DNA of 64,000 bases from Planctomycetaceae bacterium (GTDB lineage: Bacteria; Planctomycetota; Planctomycetia; Pirellulales; UBA1268): the NCBI GenBank assembly GCA_947481985.1, contig CANKIK010000001.1:53769-117768 (forward strand). Reading direction: 5' to 3'. The position numbers and the translations under genes are program-made. Shown piece by piece: positions 9,264 to 18,742 of the stretch. Numbering within the stretch: position 1 is the stretch's first letter; the number at the start of each line of letters is the position of its first letter. The notes under the pieces were generated by a model. The model was not told the DNA's origin. It was given only the letters and a program-made list of their open reading frames with translations, and did no database searches.

Positions 9264-10397
9264 GTGGTAGGAGGCAGTCTTCCAGCATCGACCCCACGTC
9301 CGGGCGGAGCCGTTGCGGTCCCGCTCGAATCATCAGGGCCGTGGTCGTTCCTGGCCCAAAGGTGGGAATGGGTGACGCTGGCGGTGCTGGCGGTCGCCCC
9401 GCTGTGTCTGCCGGCGCTCGGAGGCGCCCTCGGCGGCCAGGTGACGACCCTCTTCATTTACTGCATCCTCGCGCTCGGCCTCAATGTGATGGTCGGATAC
9501 ACGGGGCTGGTGCATCTGGGCATCGCCTCGTTTTTCGGAATCGGTGCCTATCTGTTGGCGATTCTCACAGTGCCGATGTACCCCTTCCAGATTGGGTTTC
9601 TGCCCGCCACGGCGGTCGCGGTGCTGGCAACTGCGGGAATTGGGCTGGCGCTGGGGGCGCCGACGCTGCGGTTGCGGGGCGACTATCTGGCGATCGTGAC
9701 CCTCGGCTTCGGCGAAGTGGCGAAGGTCACGCTGCGAAACCTGGAACAGATCACCGGCGGCATGAAGGGACTCAATCCCGTTCCACCTCCCGGCGCTGGA
9801 GTGACGATCGGCGGACTCGATCTTGGCAAGGAGTTCGCCATCGACCCACGCTGGTTCTATTATCTGGCGCTGGCGTCGTTGGCCGGGGTGGTGCTGTTGA
9901 TGCGGCGCTTAGAGGGATCGCGTCTGGGGCGGGCGCTGGTGGCGGTGCGCGAGGATGAACTCGCCGCGCAGGCGATGGGGATCTCGGCTACAAAAGTGAA
10001 ACTCTCGGCGTTCGCCATGTCGTCGGCGGTGGCGGGATTGGCCGGATGTCTGTACGCGGCGAGCCTTTCCACGACCGCCGACCCCAATGCCTATGACTTC
10101 AACCGTTCGATCATGGTCTTGTGTGCCGTGATCCTCGGCGGACTGGGGAGCATTCCTGGCACGCTGCTCGGCGTGGCGATCCTCGTGGGCTTTGACACCG
10201 TGCTGGCGCCCTGGGCCGATTCCTGGATCCAGCAATGGAACATCAACCCGACCGGATCGAGCCTGCTGTCGTTTAGCGGTTGGCGGCTGGCGATCTTCGG
10301 GCTGGCGCTGGTGCTCGTGATGCGGTACCGGCCCGCAGGGTTGATCCCGTCGCGGCGGATGGCCGCCGAACTCCACGACGCGCCGGAGGGACACTGA
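9264..10397 (+). CDS. livM: Branched-chain amino-acid ABC transporter permease LivM
   Basis: GTG start 1 nt after the livH stop. 377 aa, multi-TM. LGLNVMVGYTGLVHLGIASFFGIGAY and LRLRGDYLAIVTLGFGE are LivM hallmarks. Confidence 0.9.
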   Translation: MVGGSLPASTPRPGGAVAVPLESSGPWSFLAQRWEWVTLAVLAVAPLCLPALGGALGGQVTTLFIYCILALGLNVMVGYTGLVHLGIASFFGIGAYLLAILTVPMYPFQIGFLPATAVAVLATAGIGLALGAPTLRLRGDYLAIVTLGFGEVAKVTLRNLEQITGGMKGLNPVPPPGAGVTIGGLDLGKEFAIDPRWFYYLALASLAGVVLLMRRLEGSRLGRALVAVREDELAAQAMGISATKVKLSAFAMSSAVAGLAGCLYAASLSTTADPNAYDFNRSIMVLCAVILGGLGSIPGTLLGVAILVGFDTVLAPWADSWIQQWNINPTGSSLLSFSGWRLAIFGLALVLVMRYRPAGLIPSRRMAAELHDAPEGH

Positions 10398-11770
10398 TGG
10401 CCGACGCCCGTAGAGACAGTGCAGCCAATCCAGCGGCACGGAATCAGTCCGGGAAGAAGGCGGCCTCCGCCTCGTCGTCGCCGCTGCTCGACTTGGAGGG
10501 GATCACCGTCCGCTTCGGTGGCCTAGTGGCGGTATCGGATCTCGAACTCGACGTGGAGGAGGGGAGCATCGTCTCCCTCATCGGTCCCAACGGAGCAGGG
10601 AAGACCACCGCCTTCAATTGCGTCAGCGGCATCTATTCCCCGACGTCGGGCTCGGTGCGATTCCGGGGAAAACGACTGGAGCGGGCCTTCACTCCGGGCA
10701 CGATCCTCAAGGCCCTCGCTGTCGGCCTGCTCACCGGCCTGCTGTTCGCTGCGGCGGCAGTCGATCTCGATCGGCTGTGGATGGCGGTGGTGAAACGGGG
10801 AATGATCACCGGAGAACCATTCACCGCCTCTGGGGCGATGGAGCGGCTCCGCGGCTACTTCCGCGCCGAACTGGCGATCGACCAAATGGCGGGAAAGTGG
10901 CGGGTGGTGAGTGCCGACGGCAGCGATGTGTTGGCGATCAAACGCGATCTGGCTTTGGCGCGGCTGGTGCGCGACGGCCTCCAGGCAAAGGTCACCGCGT
11001 GGCGGACCGGTCCTGGTACCGTCCCCGATGCCAGTGATCTGGCGACGACGGGCGACGCGGCCGCAGCTTCGGTGGTCCTCCCGCCAGTCAAGGACGAAGT
11101 GCTCGACCGGCTCGCCGCAGGAAAGAGCCGGATCCGCTTCCGTGGTTGGGCAGGGTTGTTTGCCGGCATGCTCTTGGGCACCACCGGCACGTTGGCCGTC
11201 TGGCAGCGTGGAAGACGCTCGCCGCACGTTGTCGCCCGGGCCGGGATCTCGCGGACATTCCAGAACATCCGCCTCTTCTCCAACATGAGCGTGTTGGAGA
11301 ATGTCCTCGTGGGGCTCGACAGGACGATCCCCGGAGGTGTCCTGGCGATGCTCCTGCGGACGCCGGCGAACCGCCGGGGGGAGGCGGAGGCCAAGCGGAG
11401 GGCGCTTGCGGCCCTCGACTTCGTCGGCCTCTCTGGCAACGCCAACCGGATCGCCGGGCAACTGCCCTACGGCGACCAACGCAGGCTGGAGATCGCCAGG
11501 GCGCTGGCCACCGGCGCACAATTGCTCCTTCTCGATGAACCGGCGGCGGGAATGAACCCCAGCGAGACCGGCGATCTAGCCGGTTTGATCGAGCGGATTC
11601 GCGCGTCGGGCGTGACGGTGCTCCTTATCGAACACCACATGAACGTCGTCATGCGGGTCAGCGACCGGGTGGCGGTCCTCGACCACGGAACGAAGATTGC
11701 CGAGGGGACACCGGCCGAAGTACGCCGGGACGAGAAGGTGATCGAGGCCTACCTGGGGGGCGAGGCCTGA
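10397..11770 (+). CDS. livG: Branched-chain amino-acid ABC transporter ATP-binding protein LivG with a ~180-aa internal insertion
   Basis: The ATG at 10397 overlaps the livM TGA (ATGA). Walker A is GPNGAGKTT. RTFQNIRLF is the Q-loop, YGDQRRLEIARAL the signature, LLLLDEPAAGMN Walker B, and the tail is EVRRDEKVIEAYLG. At 457 aa it is far longer than the ~255 aa typical of LivG. The extra residues (~97-275) lie between Walker A and the Q-loop. Confidence 0.85.
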   Translation: MADARRDSAANPAARNQSGKKAASASSSPLLDLEGITVRFGGLVAVSDLELDVEEGSIVSLIGPNGAGKTTAFNCVSGIYSPTSGSVRFRGKRLERAFTPGTILKALAVGLLTGLLFAAAAVDLDRLWMAVVKRGMITGEPFTASGAMERLRGYFRAELAIDQMAGKWRVVSADGSDVLAIKRDLALARLVRDGLQAKVTAWRTGPGTVPDASDLATTGDAAAASVVLPPVKDEVLDRLAAGKSRIRFRGWAGLFAGMLLGTTGTLAVWQRGRRSPHVVARAGISRTFQNIRLFSNMSVLENVLVGLDRTIPGGVLAMLLRTPANRRGEAEAKRRALAALDFVGLSGNANRIAGQLPYGDQRRLEIARALATGAQLLLLDEPAAGMNPSETGDLAGLIERIRASGVTVLLIEHHMNVVMRVSDRVAVLDHGTKIAEGTPAEVRRDEKVIEAYLGGEA

Positions 11771-11787
11771 AGGCCCACCATCTTGCG

Positions 11788-12501
11788 ATGCCGATGCTCG
11801 AAGTACGGGATCTCGAAGCTGGCTACGGCCCCATCCGGGCGCTCGACGGAGTGTCGATCGAGATCGGCGAGGGGGAGACGGTGGCGATCATCGGCGCCAA
11901 CGGCGCTGGCAAGACGACGCTGCTGATGGCAATCTCCGGCGTCGTGCCCACGCGACGGGGTTCGGTGACCTTCCGCGGTCAACCGCTCACCGGACTCCCC
12001 ACGCATGCGATCGCCAAACTTGGCGTCGGCCACGCTCCCGAGGGGAGGCGGATTTTCCCGCGGCTCTCGGTACGCGAAAACCTCCAACTCGGTGGTTTCA
12101 CGCAGACCAACCGGGCGGCGGTGGCCCGCGACATCGACGAGGCCTGCGCGATATTCCCGGTGCTCGGTGAGCGGATGAGTCAGATGGGGGGCACGCTCTC
12201 TGGCGGCGAACAGCAGATGCTGGCGCTTGCCCGGGCCCTCGTTGGCCGGCCGAAGCTCCTCCTCCTTGACGAGCCTTCGCTGGGCCTTGCACCCCTGATC
12301 GTGCAGAAGATCTTTGAGGTCATCGGCAGTCTCTCCAAGCGGGGAATCGCCGTGGTGCTCGTTGAACAGAACGCCCGTGCGGCGCTCAAACTTGCCGACC
12401 GCGGCTATGTGCTTGAGACCGGCCGGATTACGCTCTCGGGCTCCGGAAAGGAGCTCTCTGGCGACCGCCGTGTCCGGGAGGCCTACCTCGGCGAGGGCTG
12501 A
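11788..12501 (+). CDS. livF: Branched-chain amino-acid ABC transporter ATP-binding protein LivF
   Basis: 237 aa. GANGAGKTT (Walker A), LSGGEQQMLALARAL (signature), LLLLDEPSLGLAP (Walker B). Terminal gene of the liv operon. Confidence 0.9.
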   Translation: MPMLEVRDLEAGYGPIRALDGVSIEIGEGETVAIIGANGAGKTTLLMAISGVVPTRRGSVTFRGQPLTGLPTHAIAKLGVGHAPEGRRIFPRLSVRENLQLGGFTQTNRAAVARDIDEACAIFPVLGERMSQMGGTLSGGEQQMLALARALVGRPKLLLLDEPSLGLAPLIVQKIFEVIGSLSKRGIAVVLVEQNARAALKLADRGYVLETGRITLSGSGKELSGDRRVREAYLGEG

Positions 12502-12524
12502 GTGGCCCGTCGATCGAGGTCCGA

Positions 12525-13322
12525 TCAGCCGTACCATTCCCGCGGCAGACGGACCGATCGCTTCTGCGGCACATTGTCGCGGTCGAGTGGATGGGGAAAA
12601 TCGCTCCGCGGTCGCATCGACAAGCAGCGGTCCTTCCGCAGGAAGGTGGCCTCGAGGAGCGGCGGCACACGCAGTCCTCCGATGTTAATAATCCCGGCGT
12701 AGTTGTTGGGATGGAGGTGGACCGGGACGAAGTCGACCCGGAGCTTATCCAGGGCCTCGCCGATGCGGCGGCAGACGAAGGGCTGGCCGATCCCATCGAG
12801 GTGGTGGAATTCGATGACCAGGATCCGGAAGCGGCGCAACAGCGCCGAGTCGGCGTTGTCGATGACGCTGTATTCCGCCCCTTCGATGTCCATCTGAAGG
12901 AGCAGGTCGCCCGAGTCTCCGGCGACATGACGCCCCACCCAACTGCCGAGCGTCGTCGTCCCGTCGGCATCGAAGGCGCCGAGGAACAGCGGTTCGAAAC
13001 TCACGTGGGTACAGCCCGAAGGCGGTGCCGCGACGGAGCGGTCGGCGAGATGAGAGCCGATCCCGCGCCCAGCAATCGCATTCTCGAATGTCGCCTGCCG
13101 GTCGACACCGGGGGAGAAGCAGGCGGCGACGCCGTCGAGATCGTCGGGGACAAGATACCCGCCGTCGCCGTCGCTGCCGATCCGCACAAGCCTCCGCCCG
13201 GCGTCGATCGGACGAAAGAGGTTGACCACGCGGCGCATGTCGGCCATCGGCGTCCGTTTCGAGGCAAAATAGCCGAGTCTGGCGGCAGTGGCGGCGACGA
13301 CGGTGCGGATCGGACTTCCCAT
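12525..13322 (-). CDS. FkbM-like methyltransferase-fold protein (tentative)
   Basis: 265 aa. LLLQMDIEGAEYSVI...LRRFRILVIEFH resembles the K-I-D-x-E-G-x-E core of the FkbM/Methyltransf_21 family. The usual N-terminal SAM-binding DVGAN-type glycine motif is not evident, so the call is tentative. Confidence 0.45.
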   Translation of the reverse strand: MGSPIRTVVAATAARLGYFASKRTPMADMRRVVNLFRPIDAGRRLVRIGSDGDGGYLVPDDLDGVAACFSPGVDRQATFENAIAGRGIGSHLADRSVAAPPSGCTHVSFEPLFLGAFDADGTTTLGSWVGRHVAGDSGDLLLQMDIEGAEYSVIDNADSALLRRFRILVIEFHHLDGIGQPFVCRRIGEALDKLRVDFVPVHLHPNNYAGIINIGGLRVPPLLEATFLRKDRCLSMRPRSDFPHPLDRDNVPQKRSVRLPREWYG

Positions 13323-13406
13323 CAGCGGTATTCCGGGAGTGGTTTGCCCAGGGACAGAGAGCGAATGGTCACAGGCTGTCAGCCGGCCGACATGGTTGGT
13401 GCCCCG

Positions 13407-15401
13407 TCAGGACGGTTTCCCGGCGACGAGGTCGAGGATCGCGGCGCCAAAGTCGGCCAGCCGCTTCTCGCCGATTCCCTTCACCCGCAAAAGCGCCGCC
13501 GGGCTGGTCGGCTTATCGCGGGCGATGCCACGCAGTGCTTTGTCGTCGAGGATCGTCCAGGCGGGCTTGCCGCGGGCCTCAGCCACCCGCCGCCGCCACG
13601 ACCGGAGACGCTCGAAGAGGTCGCGGTCGACCCCCTTCCAGTCGTCGATGTCGGCCTGCGCCGTCTTTGTTTTCCCAGTCCTCGGCTCCAGCAGCACCAC
13701 CGGCCGTGTGCCGCGGAGCACTTCCCATGAGAGGGCGTTGAGCATTACCACGGGGCGGTCACCTTCGCTGCGCGCGAGTAATCCTTGGTCGAGCAGTTGG
13801 TGGACGAGATTCTCAGTCGTCCGCTGATCGAGCGCGGCGAGCAACCCGAACGTAGAGAGTTTGTGGTGGCCGTGCCGCTGGATGCCATCGGACTTCGCCC
13901 CGCGGAGCACCTCGCAGATGTGGCGGACGCCGAAACGCTCGCCAACCCGCGCCACGCAGGAGATCAGTTTTTGGGCCGTGATGGTGGAATCGGGCAGGCT
14001 CTCGGTTTCCCCCAGGCAGACATCGCATTCGCCGCATGGCTCGGGGCCGTAGGCCTGCCCGAAATACTCCGAGAGTGCCGCATGCCGGCAGCGGGCGGCT
14101 TGGGCGTACCGCCGCATGGCGTGGAGGTGCTCGAGTTGTCCGGCGATCAACTGCTCCTGCTCATCGGAGTCGAGATCGCTCTCGGTAGCGCTCTTCCGCA
14201 CCAGCGACTCCCAGCTGAAGACGTCTGCCGATGAATAGAGGAGGACGCACTCGGCTGCCAGCCCGTCACGACCGGCGCGGCCGGTTTCCTGCTGGTAGGC
14301 CTCGAGGCTCTTGGGGAGCGAGGTGTGCAACACGAGGCGGACATCGGAGCGATCGATTCCCATCCCGAAGGCCACCGTCGCCACCACGACGTCGATCGTC
14401 TCGCGGGCGAAGGCCTCCTGCGTCCGCCGCCGCACCGTGGGCTCGAGGCCGGCATGGTACGGCTTGGCGAGGATTCCCTCGGCCGCGAGCCGGGCAGCGA
14501 GTTGCTCGGTCTCCTTTCGCGAGATGCAGTAGACGATCGAGGCTTCACCGCGGTGGCGGCCGAGAGTCGTGAGCGTCTGCGTAATCCGGTCGGTGCGCGG
14601 CACCACCCGGTAGCAGAGGTTCGGCCGGTCGAACGTCCCCAGGAGCATCCGCGGCGAACGGAGATCGAGCTGTTGGGCGATGTCGGCCCGAACCCGTGGG
14701 GTGGCTGTGGCGGTGAACGCGTGGATGCTCGCCGCTGGGAAGCGGTCGCGGAGCATCGCCAGTTGCCGGTATTCCGGGCGGAAGTCGTGCCCCCAGTGAC
14801 TGATGCAGTGCGCCTCGTCGATCGCGAACCGCTTCACGCCGACGCGGGCGAGGAGGTCGAGGAGGCCCGTATTGACCAACCGCTCCGGTGCCGTGAACAA
14901 CAGGCGCAGTTCCCCGGCCGCCAGTCGATCGCGGACACTCGAACGTTCCTCCGGCGTCAATTGCGAGTGGAGGGCGGCTGCCGGATAGCCGATCGCCTCC
15001 AGGGAATCGACCTGGTCCTTCATCAGCGCCACCAGCGGCGAAATAACGACATCGGTGGTCTCGCCGACCAGTGGCGGTAACTGGTAGCAGAGGCTCTTGC
15101 CTCCACCGGTGGGCATGACGACGACGGAATCCTGCCCATCGAGGGCGGCGGCGATCGCCTCCGCCTGGAGCGGACGGAGGGTCTCGAAGCCCCACCAGCG
15201 CGAGAGGATCGCGGCAATCCGCGGGTCGGCGGCGGCGGGAGGTGGATCGGTCGGTGGGGGGACTGCCTGCCCTGGCACTGATGACACCTGCTCTGGAATG
15301 GTCGGAGAGGCAGGATACCACGGCTTCCCTGGAGAAGCCTCAGGGTGGTTCCGCAGCCGCCGCGGCCCCAGGGTGGCTCCTGCCGGGTACACTTTTCCCA
15401 T
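13407..15401 (-). CDS. recQ: ATP-dependent DNA helicase RecQ
   Basis: Motifs: FETLRPLQAEAI, VVMPTGGGKSLCYQLP (motif I), FAIDEAHCISHWGHDFRPEY (DEAH box), the Zn-binding CRHAAL...CGECDVC, and a C-terminal HRDC (AWTILDDKALRGIA...VKGIGEKRL). Start is uncertain. ATG 15401 gives 664 aa. In-frame GTG 15287 gives 626 aa, closer to the canonical length. Track start 15584 is too far upstream. Confidence 0.9.
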   Translation of the reverse strand: MGKVYPAGATLGPRRLRNHPEASPGKPWYPASPTIPEQVSSVPGQAVPPPTDPPPAAADPRIAAILSRWWGFETLRPLQAEAIAAALDGQDSVVVMPTGGGKSLCYQLPPLVGETTDVVISPLVALMKDQVDSLEAIGYPAAALHSQLTPEERSSVRDRLAAGELRLLFTAPERLVNTGLLDLLARVGVKRFAIDEAHCISHWGHDFRPEYRQLAMLRDRFPAASIHAFTATATPRVRADIAQQLDLRSPRMLLGTFDRPNLCYRVVPRTDRITQTLTTLGRHRGEASIVYCISRKETEQLAARLAAEGILAKPYHAGLEPTVRRRTQEAFARETIDVVVATVAFGMGIDRSDVRLVLHTSLPKSLEAYQQETGRAGRDGLAAECVLLYSSADVFSWESLVRKSATESDLDSDEQEQLIAGQLEHLHAMRRYAQAARCRHAALSEYFGQAYGPEPCGECDVCLGETESLPDSTITAQKLISCVARVGERFGVRHICEVLRGAKSDGIQRHGHHKLSTFGLLAALDQRTTENLVHQLLDQGLLARSEGDRPVVMLNALSWEVLRGTRPVVLLEPRTGKTKTAQADIDDWKGVDRDLFERLRSWRRRVAEARGKPAWTILDDKALRGIARDKPTSPAALLRVKGIGEKRLADFGAAILDLVAGKPS

Positions 15402-16536
15402 GCTGTGGATCGCCTGGAAAATGCTGATCGGCAACCGCGCGAAGTACCTCGGTATTGTCTTCGGGGTGGCGTTTGCGGCCCTCCTCATCGCCCAGCAGGC
15501 TTCGATTTTTTGCGGGCTGATGTCGCTGACAGTCAGCCAGATTCTCGACATCGAGGGAGCGGGTATCTGGGTGATGGACCGCAATGTCCGCTATGTCGAC
15601 GACATCAAGCCACTGCCCGACACCGACCTGTACCGCGTCAAGGGGGTGCCCGGTGTCGACTGGGCGGTGCGGCTCTACAAGGGAATCGCGCGGGCCCGGG
15701 TCGATGAGGGGAGTTACGAACAGGTCATTCTCCTCGGCCTCGACGATGCCACGCTGGTCGGCGCCCCGACCCACATGGTCCACGGCAGCATCGCCGACTT
15801 GCGGTCCCCCGACGCGGTGATCATGGACGTCGCCGGACACAAGCGGATGTGGCCGGGCGAGCCGTACCGTGCCGGAAGGGTGTTTGAGATGAACGACCGC
15901 CGGGCGGTGATCGTGGGCCTCACGCAGACGCGGCGGACATTTCAGAGTTTTCCTGTGATCTACACCCGCTACAGCCAAGCTGTGCGGTATGCCCCTGCCG
16001 AGCGGAAGGTGCTGTCGTTTGTCCTGGCCGACGCCCTACCGAACGAGAGCCCTGGGACGGTCGCCGCCCGCATCGAGGCCCAGACCGGGTTGCTGGCGAT
16101 CACCCGCCAGGATTTCCTCCGCAAGACAATCCGCTACTACCTGCTGCAGACCGGTATCCCAGTCAATTTCGCGGTCACGGTGCTGCTGGGATTCCTGGTG
16201 GGAACGGCGATCGCCGGGCAGACCTTCTACCTCTTTATCGTGGAGAACATCCGTCAGTTCGGGGCCCTCAAGGCGATGGGGACTGGCAACGGGACGATCC
16301 TCCTGATGGTCCTCGCTCAGGCGCTGCAGGTGGGGGTCGTGGGCTTCGGGATCGGTGTCGGAATGGCGGCCCTCTTCGGCTGGAGCATTCAGGGATTCTC
16401 AAAACTCGCCTTCTTCATGCCCTGGCAGGTGATCGTGATCACGGCCGCGGCGGTGTTCCTCATCGTCCTGCTGGCGAGTCTGCTGTCGATCCGCCGGGTA
16501 TTGGTGGTCGATCCGGCGATTGTTTTCCGGGGCTAA
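15400..16536 (+). CDS. ABC exporter permease, FtsX/MacB-type (DevC-like)
   Basis: ATG 15400 inside track ORF 15097..16536 gives MLWIAWKMLIGNRAKYLGIVFGVAFAALLIAQQ (N-terminal TM). A ~220-aa periplasmic domain follows, then a C-terminal FtsX 3-TM bundle (IRQFGALKAMGTGNGTILLMVLAQAL...). 378 aa, the typical DevC size. Confidence 0.85.
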   Translation: MLWIAWKMLIGNRAKYLGIVFGVAFAALLIAQQASIFCGLMSLTVSQILDIEGAGIWVMDRNVRYVDDIKPLPDTDLYRVKGVPGVDWAVRLYKGIARARVDEGSYEQVILLGLDDATLVGAPTHMVHGSIADLRSPDAVIMDVAGHKRMWPGEPYRAGRVFEMNDRRAVIVGLTQTRRTFQSFPVIYTRYSQAVRYAPAERKVLSFVLADALPNESPGTVAARIEAQTGLLAITRQDFLRKTIRYYLLQTGIPVNFAVTVLLGFLVGTAIAGQTFYLFIVENIRQFGALKAMGTGNGTILLMVLAQALQVGVVGFGIGVGMAALFGWSIQGFSKLAFFMPWQVIVITAAAVFLIVLLASLLSIRRVLVVDPAIVFRG

Positions 16537-16728
16537 ATTCGAGCACGCTATGGATAGACTGCTTGCCACGGCCGCTCGATGCGGTCGCCAGTGGGTAGGA
16601 CTCGAGAAGCTCGGTGGTGTTCCCAGTGGTGTTCCCGGCGAAAAAAGTTCAGGAACGACTTTTCCCACCGGCGGCCACAGACAGTTGATCGTTTTTCGTG
16701 GCCTGGCCACGGCGGATCGGCCATCCCC

Positions 16729-17490
16729 ATGACGACGCCCCCCGACACCGATCAGTTCCTTTCCGCCGAGTCGGCGGCCGCGATGGCAGTCCGTGTCCGT
16801 GGGGTCACCAAGGAATTCGGCGCAGGGGACGCCATCGCCCGGGTGCTGCGCGGCGTCGATCTCGACATTCCCTACGGCGAATTGCTGATGCTCGTCGGCC
16901 CGAGCGGTTGCGGCAAGACGACGCTCGTCTCGATCATTGCCGGTACCCTCGGCCCCTCAGCCGGTGAGGTGACGGTGCTGGGGCGCGACCTTGTTGCCAT
17001 GGGCCACGCTGCCAAGGTACGGTTCCGCCGCGAGCACGTCGGCTTCATCTTCCAGTCGTTCAACCTCCTCCCGGCGCTGACCTCCGTTGAGAACGCCGCG
17101 GTACCACTGGTGATTGCGGGATGGCGGCGGAGGAAGGCTCTCGAGGTGGCGGCGGACCTTCTCGACCAGCTCGGCCTCGGAGACCGTCTCACGCACCTGC
17201 CGGGTGAACTCTCCGGAGGGCAGCAGCAGCGGGTGGCGATCGCCCGGGCACTGGTTCACGACCCGAAGTTGCTGGTCTGCGACGAGCCGACCAGTGCCCT
17301 GGATGCCGAGAACGGCCGGATCACGATGGAACTGATCTCGAGGATCGCCGTGCAGCGGGACCGGGCCGTGATCGTCGTGACCCACGATTCCCGCGTCTAT
17401 GCCCACGCCGACCGGATCGCCTCGATGGAGGATGGGAGAATCGAATCGGTGGCAGTTGGTCCCCGAAAACAGAGCGGAACCGGGGCGTGA
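16729..17490 (+). CDS. ABC exporter ATP-binding protein (MacB/LolD/DevA family)
   Basis: ATG 16729 within track ORF 16579..17490. GPSGCGKTT (Walker A), FIFQSFNLLPALTSVENAAVPL (family Q-loop region), LSGGQQQRVAIARAL, LLVCDEPTSALD. Confidence 0.9.
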   Translation: MTTPPDTDQFLSAESAAAMAVRVRGVTKEFGAGDAIARVLRGVDLDIPYGELLMLVGPSGCGKTTLVSIIAGTLGPSAGEVTVLGRDLVAMGHAAKVRFRREHVGFIFQSFNLLPALTSVENAAVPLVIAGWRRRKALEVAADLLDQLGLGDRLTHLPGELSGGQQQRVAIARALVHDPKLLVCDEPTSALDAENGRITMELISRIAVQRDRAVIVVTHDSRVYAHADRIASMEDGRIESVAVGPRKQSGTGA

Positions 17491-17563
17491 GGGGGAGGGG
17501 ACAGTGGACAGCGGCCAAGCCCTTGATTGGTACAGCCGTCGCGCAATTCGTACGATAGTTCCT

Positions 17564-18742
17564 ATGGCCACAGCCCCCACCGACAGCCCGTCCCCCTCCT
17601 CCGATCGTGCTTCCAGGCAGCATCGTCTTGAGCGGCCGCGGAGCGTGGCCGACATCCTCACCCAATTTGTCCTGCCGCTGATCGGGCTCTGTCTGCTCGG
17701 CTTCGCCGGCTGGTACGTCTGGAATACCCGTCCGAAATCGGAGACCACACCGCCACCGCTCATCCCCTCCCGGAGTCCGTTCGCGCGGACACTCGCCGGT
17801 TCTGGGGTCGTCGAGGCCCAGTCGGAGAACATTGCCGTCGGGTCGCCAACTCCGGGGGTGGTGGTGGAGGTGCTGGTGACGGTGGGAGACTCCGTGACTG
17901 CCGGGGCACCGCTTTTTCGTCTCGACGACCGGGAACTCCGCGGAGAACTCGCTGTCAGGAAGGCCATGGCATCGCAAGCCAGAAGCGAGTTGATCCGGCT
18001 GGAGGCCGAGCCGCGGCAGGAGAAGATCCCGCCACTGGTGGCAGGGCTCAATGAAGCCCGTGCCGCACTTCTCACCGCGGCCGATGGCCGTCGCCGTGGG
18101 GAAGAGACATTTTCCCAGAAGGCGACCACCGAGCAGGATCTGATCGCCAAACGCGACGCCGAGGCCTATGCGCAGGCTGCCGTCGACAAGGCCCAGGCGG
18201 AACTCAATCTCGCCGAGGCAGGATCATGGGAGTATGACCGCGATGTGTCGCGGGCCGCGGTCTCTCGGGCCGAGGCCGAAGTCCAGAAGATGGAGAGCGA
18301 CATCGACCGCTTGACGATCAGCGCGCTTACATCCGGGAAGGTTCTCCAGGTCAACATCCGGCCCGGCGAGTTCGTCGGTGCCCCGCCAGGGCAGCCGCTG
18401 GTCCTCTTGGGGGACGTCGATCGCCTCCACATTCGCGTCGACATCGACGAGTTTGAGATCAGCCGTTTCGATCCCGCTGCTGTGGCCAGTGCCAGCCCCA
18501 GAGGGGGCCTGCAGGTGGCGATCCCGCTGTCGTTCGTCCGCGTCGAACCGTTTGTTGTCCCCAAGAAATCGCTCTCCGGCGACAACACTGAGCGGGTCGA
18601 TACCCGGGTGCTGCAAGTGATCTACGCCTGCCAGCCGCAGGTCCAGACGCCGCTGTTCGTCGGCCAGCAAGTCGATGTGTTCATCGAGGCCCCTGCAACG
18701 CCCCCCAACCCACCGGCTGCTGGGGTGGATCGTGTGAAGTGA
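17564..18742 (+). CDS. HlyD-family periplasmic adaptor / membrane-fusion protein (DevB-like)
   Basis: ATG 17564 within track ORF 17399..18742. N-terminal TM (FVLPLIGLCLLGFAGWYVW), a lipoyl-like segment (GVVVEVLVTVGDSVTAGAPLFRLDD), a long coiled-coil region, then SGKVLQVNIRPGEFV. Confidence 0.8.
   Translation: MATAPTDSPSPSSDRASRQHRLERPRSVADILTQFVLPLIGLCLLGFAGWYVWNTRPKSETTPPPLIPSRSPFARTLAGSGVVEAQSENIAVGSPTPGVVVEVLVTVGDSVTAGAPLFRLDDRELRGELAVRKAMASQARSELIRLEAEPRQEKIPPLVAGLNEARAALLTAADGRRRGEETFSQKATTEQDLIAKRDAEAYAQAAVDKAQAELNLAEAGSWEYDRDVSRAAVSRAEAEVQKMESDIDRLTISALTSGKVLQVNIRPGEFVGAPPGQPLVLLGDVDRLHIRVDIDEFEISRFDPAAVASASPRGGLQVAIPLSFVRVEPFVVPKKSLSGDNTERVDTRVLQVIYACQPQVQTPLFVGQQVDVFIEAPATPPNPPAAGVDRVK

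Noticed and set aside
8345-9457. 370-aa minus-strand ORF antisense to livH/livM.
   Set aside because: Extremely biased composition (Arg, Asp, His, Pro, Gly). It overlaps two permease genes with clear homology to LivH and LivM. Artefact.
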